Origin: Negaprion brevirostris
Taxonomy: Eukaryota
NCBI GenBank assembly: GCA_030324005.1
Contig: JARDVH010000025.1
Coordinates: forward strand, 95,461,672-95,525,671
DNA length: 64,000 bases
Direction of reading: 5' to 3'
Of the stretch, positions 38,729 through 50,800 are shown in pieces; position 1 is the first letter of the stretch, and each line of letters opens with the position of its first letter. The translations under genes and the position numbers were made by a program. Below the pieces are notes generated by a model. That model was not told the DNA's origin. It ran no database searches and saw nothing but the letters and a program-made list of their open reading frames with translations.

Positions 38729-39012
38729 ATCCTATCTATGTCCTGCTGCAACTTTTGCCATCCTTCCAGACCATCCACAACACCACCGACCTTCGTGTCA
38801 TCAGCGAACTTACTTACCCATCCCTCCACTCCCTCATCCAGGTCATTTATGAAAATGACAAACAACAAGGGTCCCAGAACAGATCCCTGAGGCACTCCGC
38901 TGGTGACTGACCTCCATTCAGAAAAAGCCCCATCCACAACCACTCTCTGCCTTCTGCAGGCAAGCCAGTTCTGGATCCACACGGCCAAAGGCCCCTGGAT
39001 CCCATGCCCTCT
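38729..39012 (-). mobile_element. Young CR1 RT fragment in ALKAL2 intron
   Basis: WIQNWL...QRVVVDG...[42 protein letters not shown]. Confidence 0.92.
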
Positions 39013-39819
39013 CACCAGTTGTCTACTTCTGCTCCTAATCCCTATGTTCCTCTGTTCCTACCTGAGCCAGGTGCAGACTGGCATAGGAGGTGCCAGGTGA
39101 GGAACATTAGCGTGCTGGACTGGTGTGGGGCAGAAGGATTCCTTTCCCTAGGACACTGGTGCCAGTTCTGGCCCAGTGTTAGGGTCCACCTAAACCAGGA
39201 TGTGTCCCAGTGGAGAGGACGGGCAGGGAAGTGGGAAAGGCTTTAAACCGGGAAGATAGTGGGCAGGAACCTACACGAGCAGTCAATATGTAACCAGGAG
39301 AGACCAGGAAATAACCAAGTCAACGAGAACATGGATACCATGGGAATGATGTGGAGATGCCGGCGCTGGACTTGGGTAAACACAGTAACACCTGGTGTTG
39401 TGAGACTTTTTACTGTGTTTACCACGGGAATGAACAGAGTTCCAGAACAAGAATCCAAATAGATGGTTAAACATAAAAGTGAGAGAAAATCCTATTAAAA
39501 ATGAGTTAAACGGTCGATAATAAAGGAGGAGAGATCATTTGTTGAGTGGAATCAAACACATTAGGGACAAAACAGCAGAAAAATCAGGGCTGGTAATTAA
39601 ACATTGCAGGGTCTAAAATATTTAGAAAAGATAGAGGAGGAAAAGGAAAGGTAAAGCAGCATATTGGGAATAACAGACAGTGACAGCAGCAGAATGAGAT
39701 AGAACAGCAAAAGAAAAACAGAGTCCTTATTGATAAAGATAAAAGATGATGAAGAATCAATCACACTGACTGGTATCAGCTGTAAGCCTTCTCATAATGA
39801 AAGGGAAAGGGGAGAAGGT

Positions 39820-40270
39820 GAATGGCGGGACTGATGTATGAGGAGAGATTGACCAGGTTAAGATTGTTTTCGCTGGAGGTGACATGAATGAGAGGGGATC
39901 TCATAGATACTTATAAAATTCCATGCCCTAGATGCAGGGAGGATGTTCCTGATGGTGGGGGAGTCCAGAACCAGGAGTCATAGTCTGAGGATTCAGGGTA
40001 GACCATTCAGGACGGAGATGAAGAAACATTTCTTCACCCAAAAAGTGGTGAGCCTGTGGAATTCATTACCACAGGAAGTTGTTGACGCCAAAACATTGAA
40101 CGTATTCAAGAGGCTGCTGGATATAGCACTTGGGGCGAATGGGATCAGAGGTTATGAGGAAAAAGTGGGATTAGGCTGTTGAACTGGATGATCAACCATG
40201 ATTGTAATGAATGGCGCAGCAGGCTCGAAGGGCCAAATGGCCTCATCCTGCTCCTGTCTTCTATGTTTCT
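39820..40270 (+). mobile_element. CR1 3' fragment
   Basis: SRTRSHSLRIQGRPFRTEMKKHFFTQKVVSLWNSLPQ plus 3' UTR. Confidence 0.85.
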
Positions 40271-42774
40271 TTGTAAAAGTCTGAGGATGCAAACCAGCCT
40301 TGCTTCTTCCCTGCTGTCATCTGACTTCTGAATGGATCTACCTTACATTAAGTTGATCTTTCTCTACGTCCTAGCTATGACTGTAATACTACATTCTGCA
40401 CCCTCTCTTCTATGTAAGGTATGCTTTGTATGTACAGCATGCAAGAAACAATACTTTTCACTGTATACCAATACATGTGACAATAAATCAAATCAAATAT
40501 TAGATAAATATTCATGCACCATTACAATGTTAACTAAATCTTGTTTATTTCTAAGTTTAATATGGCCCACCCCCTTATTGCTTCCCATTCAGATTGCTGC
40601 TGGAACTGTCTTAGACATGCTGAAGAAATTCACTACCTTTCACTACCTTTCTACCAGTCCAAAGATGTGCGGGTTGGGTGGATTGACCATGCTAAATTGA
40701 CCCGTGTTTCGGAGGCATTAACAAGGTAACATGTGCAGTTATGGGGATAGAGGCTGGGTGGGATTGTTGTCAATGCAGGCTTGATAGGCCAAATGGCCTT
40801 CTTCTGTACTATAGGGATTCTGTGATTTTGACATGCTAGTCTGCCTATCCTAAACTGTATGAACGTTAAAAATTCACCATTGAAACCACTTTGCATGTGC
40901 TACATACGTATGCAATTTCTGCATTTATACAATCTACCACCTCACAGCTGCTATTAGGGGGCCAGTACCTACATGCTCACTGTTAAAGTTGCAATCCTGT
41001 CACTATGAAGTGCATGTTCTGGTTGTAAGTGAAAGCAACTGTAACTAAGTGGGGAAATGTTAAAGAGCTGGTTTCCACATGGATGGTGGGGAAAAGATGG
41101 AGACGGAAAAAGAAGGGTGTGCCTATGTTCTCTGGGTCTTGTGAATTAATTTATGTTGAGGAAAGACTCACTGCAGACTATTCCTTTATTCAGTAAATGC
41201 GCAACACAAAATAGCAAAGAGGGTAGTATAGTAGCAGAGAAGGAAATCAAGCATTGGTGGTCAGAAGCTAAATAAGGAATTTTTATCTCTAGCTTCTGAC
41301 AGAAGTATTGCTCCTAGCAACCTCTGGTGCAAAATGGCTGAGGCAAATTCTCGAGCTTTAATTAACCACCAGTTTTTCTGGAGTCTGAACCCTATGAACA
41401 GTGAAAAATTAAGTGCAAATTCATTAAGTGGAAATGCGGACTCAGGTCACCCGAACGCTAATTGCAGATGTTAATGCAAAGGTAAAGTTGCTGATGGGTG
41501 GTCTGAAGAGAGTTGCCCCTTTAGCCAGTTTGGCAACCATAGGCACCTGAACTCGAGAAATGTATAGGGAATGGTTAAACCCTGTTTTCATTGTGAGGCA
41601 CAAAATAGGGCCTTTGAAATTGAACGTGAAATGGACACTGATGATGTGAGAATGATGAGGATGACTGACCGAAGGAATTGTGTTGCTTACTTGAAGCTCG
41701 AGTCTAGAACTGAACGGTTTGGATGTTGATTCGTTCAAATGTGCGGTGTTGGTTGTACTATTTGAAGTTTGTGGGTGGACTTGCTCAGTTGCTACTTGCA
41801 ATCCCTTGATAAGGAAGATCAGAATAAGTTTAAAGAGGATGAAAGCTCCACCCAGTTTTGAGGGATGACAATACAGTGAATCTTTCAAGAATGGTCATTT
41901 CATGCAAAATAGCTGGGACAAGTCTCTGAAATTCTGAATTGGTCTCCAGTGAGATACCTTTATTGTTAAGCAAGTCCTCAATGAAAAAAGCGCAGATAAA
42001 ACTAAATATGGAAAATGACAAGGCACTTGTATTTGGCAAAGCTGTGGATTTACATTTCACTCAACTAAGACGTTGCATATTATTAAGGAAATAAGAGTCT
42101 TGTCGAGTAGCTGAGGCAGTATTGTTGACTTCAGATGATAAGAGTTTGGCTGACAAGAAAAGAATTATTTGGAAATTACATAGGCAATTCCTCACAGAAA
42201 ATAAAAGCTCTGCTGTTTGATGCTGGGCAGTCAGTAGGGAATATGAAACTCTTATTGATCAAATTACGCCTCGGTGTGTCATTTATGTCAATTATCAAAG
42301 GACACCAGCATATCCTATTGTAAGTCTTCAGTTGGTCAGAAAACTTAATGTGGCTATGGTTCTAAAGGAATGGGCCAAGGATTGAGGCTCTTTTGTTTTG
42401 TTATACTTGACAACAGACCATTGGTGACAAGGTCAGTAAAAAAGTAAATTGTTATTGGACTTGGAACTCCAACAAAGTATTTCATGAATAATGGAGGAAA
42501 ATTCGCAAATTATGTATTTTGAAACATGAGGAATACTTTGACTGAGAGGCCACTCAGCAATGGTTTATTTGAGTGGAATCATGTAGTAGTTGATGAGATG
42601 CTGCATAAGATACTGTCCAATCAATTGGTTTGCAAGTTATGAAGAGCACTGGTGTGGTCAGTACATGCTAAAAATGATTTGCAAATGGTTGCAGGGTGGG
42701 TATAGCTTGTACCAACTAGCGTATGAAAAGAATTTGAACTTGCCTTCTGTGCTGTCTGATTCTCCCCCTGCCCT

Positions 42775-43335
42775 AGAAGAACGTAAGAACTAGGAGCAAT
42801 AGTAGGCCATCTGCCCCTCAAGCCTGCTCTGCCACTGAGTAAGATCATGGCTGATCTTTTCGTGGCCTCAGTTCCATTTACCCGACCGCTCACCATAACC
42901 CTGAATTCTTTACTGTTCAAAATCTACCTACCTTTGCCTTAAAAACATTTGATGAGGTAACCTCAGCTGCTTCACTGGGCAGGGAATTCCACAGATTCAC
43001 AACCTTTCGGGTGAAGAAGTTCCTCCTCAACTCTGTCCTAAATCTACTACTCCTTATTTTAAGGCTATGCCCCCTAGTTCTAGTTTCACCTGCCAGTGGA
43101 AACCACCTCCCTCCTTCTATTCCCTTCATAATTTAGTATGTTTCTGTAAGGTCTTCCCCCGCTCATTCTTCTAAATTCCAATGAATATAGTAGTCTACCC
43201 AGTCTCTCCGCATAAGCCAAACCTCTCAATTCCAGAATGAACCTATTGAATCTTCTCTGCACCCCGTCCAGTGTCAGTACATCCTTTCTCAAGTAAGGAT
43301 GCCAAAACTGTACACAGTACTCCAGGTATGGCCTG
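42775..43335 (-). mobile_element. CR1 3' fragment
   Basis: RTRGHSLKIRSSRFRTELRRNFFTRKVVNLWNSLP on the minus strand. Confidence 0.85.
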
Positions 43336-45034
43336 GAGGAACCAGTATTAACTATAATTTTCTCTGCCTACTTGAATTCATTACATACAATTAGAAAAGC
43401 TTTTATAATTCTGAAACTTCAGAAAGAATTCAAAAAGATTAAAGGAAACATTGCATAAGAGAACCTGAGATAGACTTTAGTTTTGGTGATCTGGTTGATT
43501 GCCAGAGAGAAGGACATAGAAAATGGAAAGGTCCAGGGAAAGTTATGGGATATGAACTGAATTTTATGGCCCTATCACAGAAGGGATGGAGTTGGAAAAT
43601 GTGGCAAGCCATTCAAAAATCCATTGACTTTGGTGGGAGTGGAAATATTGGTGGAAAATTGTATCCATGAAGGGGAAAACAGCGATTGTCCAATATAGGA
43701 ACCAAACAATAAAAGCCCATTTCTCATGGATCATTGGAATGAATCATAAATTTTCATTCATAAATACTGACTGTGTGATAGATGATGATGCACTTATGCA
43801 TCACATATTCATAGATTTTGCCAGGTAGACCCAACAGGACAAACTATGATAGATCAAGGGTTAGATACCAGGAGAGAAAATGTTTTCTACGGAATGTAGG
43901 TCAATAGACATTAAAGCTGCACTTGTGCAGAGTGAAGTGTTTCTCCAACCTAGTAAGGAAACATGAAATGTAGAAGGAAGATTTTGATAATTAAATACTT
44001 ATCTACAGTTTGAACAATGCTTCCAGTGTGTGGTACTTTTCAGTTAGATCAGTTCTGTAAAAGTTAAGTCTCCAATTGAAGGTAGATCCTGCCACATTTT
44101 TATGGTACTACAGCAGAAAATTCTTGGGCAACTTTATTATGTAAATAGATGACTTTTGAATATACTTGCGAGTTCCAAAACAATGGAGAGGATTTTCCAG
44201 CCCTTCCCACTGGTGGAATCCACCAGTGGAAGTGCAGGCAAAATGTACAAAATTCCATATACTTCCATGGGAAAGAAGAACCCCACTGATGTTAGATGCG
44301 AGGGTATCCCAAAACCTGAAAAGGTTACTTGGAATACTGATTCTTAGGAGTGTTTTTTTTTTCAGTTTGGTATAATGTTAGAATAAATATGCAGATCAGT
44401 GAGGGAAAAGTCCAGTCTAGTTCTTATCACTGAAATAAAAGAGGTTTTATTAACAGGTAAAACACACAACGAAAAAGGCCACAATACAAAACAAAGATAC
44501 ACTTAACTGCAATAATGGCTGAACACACATACCTGGAATTAACCCCATTCCCATCTTTCTAAGTTCCAAAATTCTACAAAATGTCCCTTGTCTCAAAATA
44601 GTCATCCCATGCAGCATAAACTCTAAGCTAAATCCAGCAAATAGTTAGCAAGCATGAATTATCTTTGCATTTACAAAACCTTCTTCAGTTCAGCATAGTT
44701 TTCCTCTGATATTTTCAAATCAGCTGCTTTTAGCCTAGAATTCTGCCTTCTGTTTTCCAGATGGGCATGGCTGTGATTGTAATAGTCTTCCAGCTACTTC
44801 TCTTCTTTCTCCTTTCCTCTCTTCTGCCAGTACAGAGCTACACAGCAACTGATGTACCATATTTTCCTTTTGATCTCCTCTCTAAATTACTCGGTTTAGA
44901 AGTCAGGCACTTAGTGTGAACTGTATCCTCATATCCCCACTTGAACTCATCTGTTCAGCAGTTTTAACACCTAAAATTCTACACTCTATTGTTCCCCACT
45001 TCACTTAAGTAAATATCTATTTACCTTGCTTCGA

Positions 45035-45565
45035 ACTTGTGGAGTCCGTGGACCATGTCTGTGTTTCATATCTTAGATTCCACTCCCTTTTTGTTTTCCT
45101 GAAGAATTTTTTATCAATGTTTTGTTTGTACTTCAGTTCCATGCTCCTGATTTACGGACACCCGGTGCAGAGAGGGGCGGGTCAGGATGGCGACCTCCTT
45201 GTGAGCCTGCTCCTGGGCCTGGCAAAACGTGCCATTTACAGGTCCAGGCAGCTGGCGATCGGGGGGGGGGTGCCGTCTAGCCTGACTGTCTGCCCCTCGA
45301 CTGCGGCTATGTTCGTGGCCGGGTGTCCCTGGAGAGGGAGCATGCGGTGTCCGCTGGCACAGTCGATGCCTTCCGTGCCCGCTGGGCACCACAGGGGCTG
45401 GGGTGCGTTCTTCACCCTGACAATCACATTTTTACTGGACATGTCTTAAGTTTCCTTTGTACTTTTTGTTTCTGTTCGGGCCGTTCCCCCTCCTTTTGGG
45501 GAGCTGCCCACCTTTTCTTCGAACGTAATTTAAGTTTGTTTACTTGGTTTGACCCACCCAAAAGA
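45035..45565 (+). mobile_element. Tx1/L1-clade LINE 3' end (zf-RVT region)
   Basis: ESVDHVC...LLLGLAKRAIYRSR...SLEREHAVSAGTVDAFRARWAPQG, typical of a Tx1-like ORF2 C-terminus, followed by a T-rich tail. Confidence 0.7.
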
Positions 45566-45887
45566 CCCACCCTTAGTCCTGCCATTCCTCCGAATTTCCA
45601 AAAACAGAATTCTCCTAACACCGGGACCAAAGCGCAGTTCTGCTGTCTCGCCCTTTAGTGTTCCTGTAATCTGCACACTTCCTTCTCCGCCACATACTTG
45701 GCGGGGGCAATAGTGAAGGTCAATCATGTACTGAAGTTGCATGTGACAAGAACACATCCGAGACCGTCCTTCTCACGCACATCTCAAAAGACCCGGTGTA
45801 AACATCGTTAAAGTCACCTCTTTCCAAGTTAGCAAAATGGCCAAGTGGTCGCAACAGTGCCATTAATTTATTTCTATTTTCCAACAG

Positions 45888-45944
45888 AGATAGTCCCCAG
45901 AGATCTGAGGAAGATGAAAGACAAGGTTTTGAAACACTTGACAG
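45888..45944 (+). CDS. ALKAL2: ALKAL2 coding exon 2 (EIVPRDLRKMKDKVLKHLT-G)
   Basis: Acceptor tttctattttccaacag, donor gtaaaa, phase 1/1, 57 nt. Matches human EIVPRDLRMKDKFLKHLTG with one extra Lys. Confidence 0.95.
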
Positions 45945-46037
45945 GTAAAAGGGACTATTCTTTCATTCCCACTGTGTGGGTCGTGCTGCTTGATGTGGAC
46001 CGGGCGATTTTAACAGCTTTACTGGCTTTCTTTCCAG

Positions 46038-46118
46038 GTCCTCTTTACTTCAGTCCCAAATGCAGCAAACACTTCCACCGGCTGTACCACAACACCAGGG
46101 ATTGCACCATACCAAAAT
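46038..46118 (+). CDS. ALKAL2: ALKAL2 coding exon 3 ([27 protein letters not shown])
   Basis: Acceptor ctttctttccag after a 93-nt intron, donor gtaagt, 81 nt, phase 1/1. Near-identical to the human ALKAL2 augmentor domain, and diagnostic versus ALKAL1 (PVTFSPEC...YYNTREC). Confidence 0.96.
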
Positions 46119-47613
46119 GTAAGTGTGTCTCGGTGAGAGCGGCCGGGCTACATGTCACAGCCAAAGTGATTTTCACTTTTGTTTTATTTTAACCATTTGC
46201 GTTTAGCGCTTTCCTAAAGTGTTTTTTTTAAATGCAAACAGCGGAAACTATCATTGTGCTGGATGGACGTCCGCAATTAAAAGCAGAAACTGCTGCAAAC
46301 TCAGCAGTCTGTGTGGAGAGAATTAACCCTTTTGCTGGACGGCCTTTCATCAGGATTGCTTAGTTACTCATTACTGGGGGTTAATGGATCCAGGTTCAGT
46401 AGCTTCCTCTTTGAGTTGCAGTTATATGGAAGCTGCATGAGTAGGTTTGTGTGTGTGCGTGGTTGGGGATGGGGGGGGTGGTGGTAACGATTTAGGCGGC
46501 GATGTCACGGAATGACATGGCTGTGCTTGCTGCTCAGCCCGAGTCCCAGTCATCCAATAAACAAATAGCTGTTTGACAGTATTGACACCCCCGTGGGAGT
46601 AGACTCTCCATTCTTATCAAAATGTTGCAGTGTCAAGTTGACATGAATCTGCAGCGTCTCAGGGATATGACAACTGAAGTCAGCTCAGCTCCAAGAGAAG
46701 CCAAACCCAGAGGCTCCGAAGGGGCGGCAGTATGGTGTTAAGACGCGAATTCCAGTTTCCATGTCTTAAACTTTAGTGTGTTCTTTCTGCCGGGGCGGGG
46801 GGGGGGGGGAGAGGGTGGCGCGGAGAGGGGGATATCCTTGAGTAAGCAGTCTCACAACACCATATCATGACTGGTATCCTTTTATCACATGGATGCAGGT
46901 AACGGGAAACAAAGTCTACACTGCATTGATAGGACCAGTGGCGACTTGTTGCAATGCGCCCAATGCAAACATTGCTCAGGCATCCTTCCTCCCTGTTATA
47001 TCCTTCAAAAAGAGCAGCAGCGTGTGTGACTGGATCAAGTTGAGGGATAGGGCCGGGTTAAGCATGCCAAAATCCAACACTTGCACTGAGATCCCTACCA
47101 TCCGACTCGGCTCAGTTTTATTCTACGAAAAATCACTCAAGTTGATTTTTTTTAACTAACTTAAAAATGAAAAGCATGAAAATCTCACCACGACCTGGTT
47201 GGCATGTTTTACTACTTGAGAAAGTATTCACCTTTTTGTGGAATGCCAGGATGTGAAAGAACATGCAGGCAGGTTACAAGACTAGGTTGTAAAAATAGAA
47301 TTGAGCTTTCTGTATACCTCCAACCCTCAGGATTCACGCGAATCTTTAGTAATTCCTTAAATGGTTCCCTGTGGTTCATGGTGTAGTCAATTTCGGCATG
47401 TTTTATGGGTCTGAAATACACATGCTCGCAGAATTCAGCCATTTATCAAAAGGTCGCGGGGAAAGCGAGTGCTCTGAAAGTCCCTAACCATACTGTTTCC
47501 AAAGGAGACACTCTGACAAAGGAGATATAATTCGCGCGTGAAAGGGAGTGCAATTCGGATCATGTGTTTATGTTGGATGTTTGCTCTGGTGTGACCACAT
47601 TCTCTTCTCGTAG

Positions 47614-47678
47614 ATTACAGACGGTGTGCCAGACTCCTCACAAGATTGGCAGTCAGTCCGATGTGTGTGAAAGGCTAA
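47614..47678 (+). CDS. ALKAL2: ALKAL2 coding exon 4 (YRRCARLLTRLAVSPMCVKG*)
   Basis: Acceptor tctcttctcgtag, stop TAA at 47676-47678. The exon continues to a ctg|gtaagt donor at 47691. Spliced CDS 262+57+81+65=465 nt = 154 aa + stop, in frame. Confidence 0.95.
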
Positions 47679-49609
47679 ATTTGATTACTGGTAAGTGTTA
47701 TTAACTTATTGACGTCATGTGATATTGAAAACAAAAGCTTGACCGTGAGAGGCGACCATCTGAAAGCTTCTTTGGAGGGGGTGGGTGGGTGCTGAGTCGA
47801 GGTATCTGCGTGGCAGCCTGGAGAAGGCTGCTTTAGAGGGAACTATTACTAAACGCATTTTCTTACATTTTAATCGGCCACTACGTGTAGAACATGCATT
47901 TCAAGAGTAGCTCTGTCATCCAGCCAAAAATCGATTAGTTGCTAAATGCAGCACTTTAATTCCCATCCATTCCTGAGAGCTCTCACGACTTTACCAGTAA
48001 AACCCGTCCTTGCTGTGCTTTCCGTCCCCCTCACCCTGTAAGTTACTTAGTTTAGAAAGGTCCACAAAAAGTTCAGCTGTGAAATACTTCAAGCATCTTT
48101 TGAGGGCATAATGTGAGTTTTTAAATTACACTGCTAATAGTTGCTAGATGTTCTAACCGTGTGAGTGCTCACACAAACCAGCGCCTAGGTTACAAAAAAA
48201 ACCTAGTTTTGCTCTCTTCTACTTGCAACTGAATGGAAATTTACATTAGATTATTACTCATAATACAAATCGCGATAGTATTAAAAGTCGCTTGGCAATG
48301 TTCTTTTGCCATCTTCCTGGTTCACTGTGCTGTACGCGGCAACGCTAATTGCCATGGCTACCACTTAATTGATGGTGAATAGAGATGGCAGCCATCGGCT
48401 TACACATCATTTTACAGAACTTCATGATCAATAGGGCAGCCCACGCAGCTTGAAAGTGGAAGAGGCAGTGAGTAATTAATATGCGGTCGACTGAATACTG
48501 AACTTGCACGTCCCACTCATGGGCCGCGTATAGGATGTCACTGTGTGTTCGACTGCATGGGTTAGCAATAAGGCACCCAAAGAACATGTATCCCAGGGAG
48601 AAACAGGCAGTCACCACCATTCACATTGGAACAAAATAACAGGCATTATGTGCATGACTTATTTCCATTCGGGCATCTTCAGGATCCTGCAAGCACCCTG
48701 CAGATTCACAGGATAAATAGGAGGTGGCACTGAGGAACATGCAGAAATACAGATGGTCATACTGTTCGAGATGGTGCATAATTCAGTGAGGAAACAATAA
48801 GTTCCTTTCACCATTGATTAATCATTCTCTTCATTCACTCAGCTTTACAGCAGAGCAGGAATATATTTTTTTCGGCTGTCATACAAGAATGAGCTGAAAC
48901 TAACCTTGGCGAGATCCACCAACTAATCAATATTTATACACAGGACATCTCTTGTTTTGTTTTTTTAAACACATTTTAAGTTTGTCTGGACGATAGTCCC
49001 TCTTATCCATTCTTTCTGCCAAATAGGTTGATCATGAATTTTAGTTGCAATAATTATATAACCGTTAATCTGAAAGAAGGCTGATTCCCACTGTAACAGA
49101 TAGGAATGCTTTTCCTAAAGCTGTCATGCCTCACCGCCATGTAGCTGCGTAGCTAGTAAAATTTAACCACTCAAACTAGTTGAGGTGCCAGCAGATTAGG
49201 AACTCAAGTTGACATCTTATGTGGGAGTACAATATTTAACCAGTTCTGCCATTAAATAGCTACAATGAATGGGTTAGAACAATATTACCCATCTTCTGGT
49301 ACTTTATGTAATGGAACTGTTCATGTAAAGCATTAAACAATGGCTGCTTTACTTAAGATACATGGGAAAACTTGCAATCCACTTAGACACCATAGCAATT
49401 TGAGGTGTAAGGAGGACAGGATTAACAGAAGTCTGACTACCTGTTTGGACAATTTAAAGGTGCACTCTATTCTATGGAAATGAGCACTGCCAATTAACAA
49501 GAAACAAAATCAATTATGCATGCATGCACAACTTCATATGGTACTGGAATTTGCCATCATTTTCACAACATAAATAGCATTGAAAAACAAGCAAACTCAT
49601 TCAGAATAG

Positions 49610-49800
49610 GTGTAGCTGAGTTGGGTAGACTGCTGCTTAGTGATGCCCAATGCCAATAGTGTGGATTGAATTCTCATACTAGCTGAGGTTATTCATGAAG
49701 GCCTGCCTTCTCAACCTTGGCCTTTGCCTGAGGTGTGGTGATTCTCAAATTAAATCTTCCCCTCAAGAGAAAGCAGCCTATAATCATCTGGCAGCTTTAC
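49610..49800 (+). mobile_element. tRNA-derived SINE fragment, family uncertain
   Basis: tagctgagttgggtag head; gttattcatgaaggcctgccttctcaacctt...gcctgaggtgtggtga body. Confidence 0.5.
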
Positions 49801-49954
49801 TGTTTCCTCATGAACTAACCTGGAAAATGAACCAGATTAGGTTCCATAGATAAGCAGGTGACAGTTTTGTACAATGTAACAATAACTCATACTACTTCTT
49901 AAAAAAAACCAGAATCCCTGAAAAGTACAAAATGCAACAATCTTGTTTTCACAG

Positions 49955-50800
49955 GTGACAACATTAAGATATCCCCAGAACCAAGAAAAGTGCCTTGGAA
50001 AACAACAGGGAAACACATTGATCTCAATATCTTTATAACATATTCCATTGTGAACAAAGATTTATTTTTGCAAACTGATGGATACCTCCATAAACTCCTT
50101 AATGTGCATTTTGTATGTTGTCAACATTATTTCTGTAATTCTGTACATTCATATAAATAATTGCCAATGTTACAAAGGCTGAACATTAAAAAAATAATAA
50201 CACTTCACTGTTTTCTGTGTAATGCTGCCAAAAATTACACAACTGCTTTCTTGTTTAACAACTGATGTTTGGAGCATTCTTTCGTATTAAGTATTGAGAC
50301 ACTCAGATACTGTTCAAGACAAGGCTAATGTATCCTAAATTTACTGTAGGATTTTTTCATGCTTCAGAGTGCTGGTTATCTTTACTTGTCATATGTAATG
50401 CTTATGCAGTTTAAAAACTATTTGCTGTGTCATAACACAGCAAAATATTGATATAATAGAATGCTTGGGGTTGCCCTCTACTCCAAAGGATAAGTTATGG
50501 TTTGCATGACATTTTTCTGCCTTTGTCTTTACAAAATTTAATATTTTAAAACTACACTGTTAGTTTAGTACGTTGTTGGTTAGGTTTACATTCTCCGAGC
50601 TGAAAAAAGAAGTTTGTGAGCAATTATCTTTTCTCTTAACACAGTGGAGTGTCATTTGTACAGAAACATACAAGATAATGTCATTAGTCACTGTACATTA
50701 AGATTTATAAACATTCCAGCTAACATGTGCAATATGTATATATTGTAAAGACCTGAATATATATCAGTTATAAAATAAAGTGTTTGGTATTTGACACAGA
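49955..50800 (+). other. ALKAL2: Probable non-coding terminal exon (3' UTR) of ALKAL2
   Basis: Acceptor tcttgttttcacag|G at 49954/49955, followed by an AT-rich, repeat-free stretch. AATAAA at 50774-50779 with a GT-rich downstream tract; alternative ATTAAA at 50185. Pumilio-type TGTATATA at 50735. Confidence 0.6.

Noticed and set aside
41050-41073. Plus-strand WGNVKELV resembling the CARD11-like WGNIKELI
   Set aside because: Similarity does not extend either way and it is on the wrong strand; likely chance.
41400-42770. Possible highly decayed LTR-retrotransposon internal region in ALKAL2 intron 1
   Set aside because: No convincing gag or pol motif readable by eye, so it is left uncalled.
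48345-48620. Minus-strand ORF containing HCL, as the CARD11 penultimate exon
   Set aside because: Lacks the IYPI-FI and KRF motifs and suitable splice sites.
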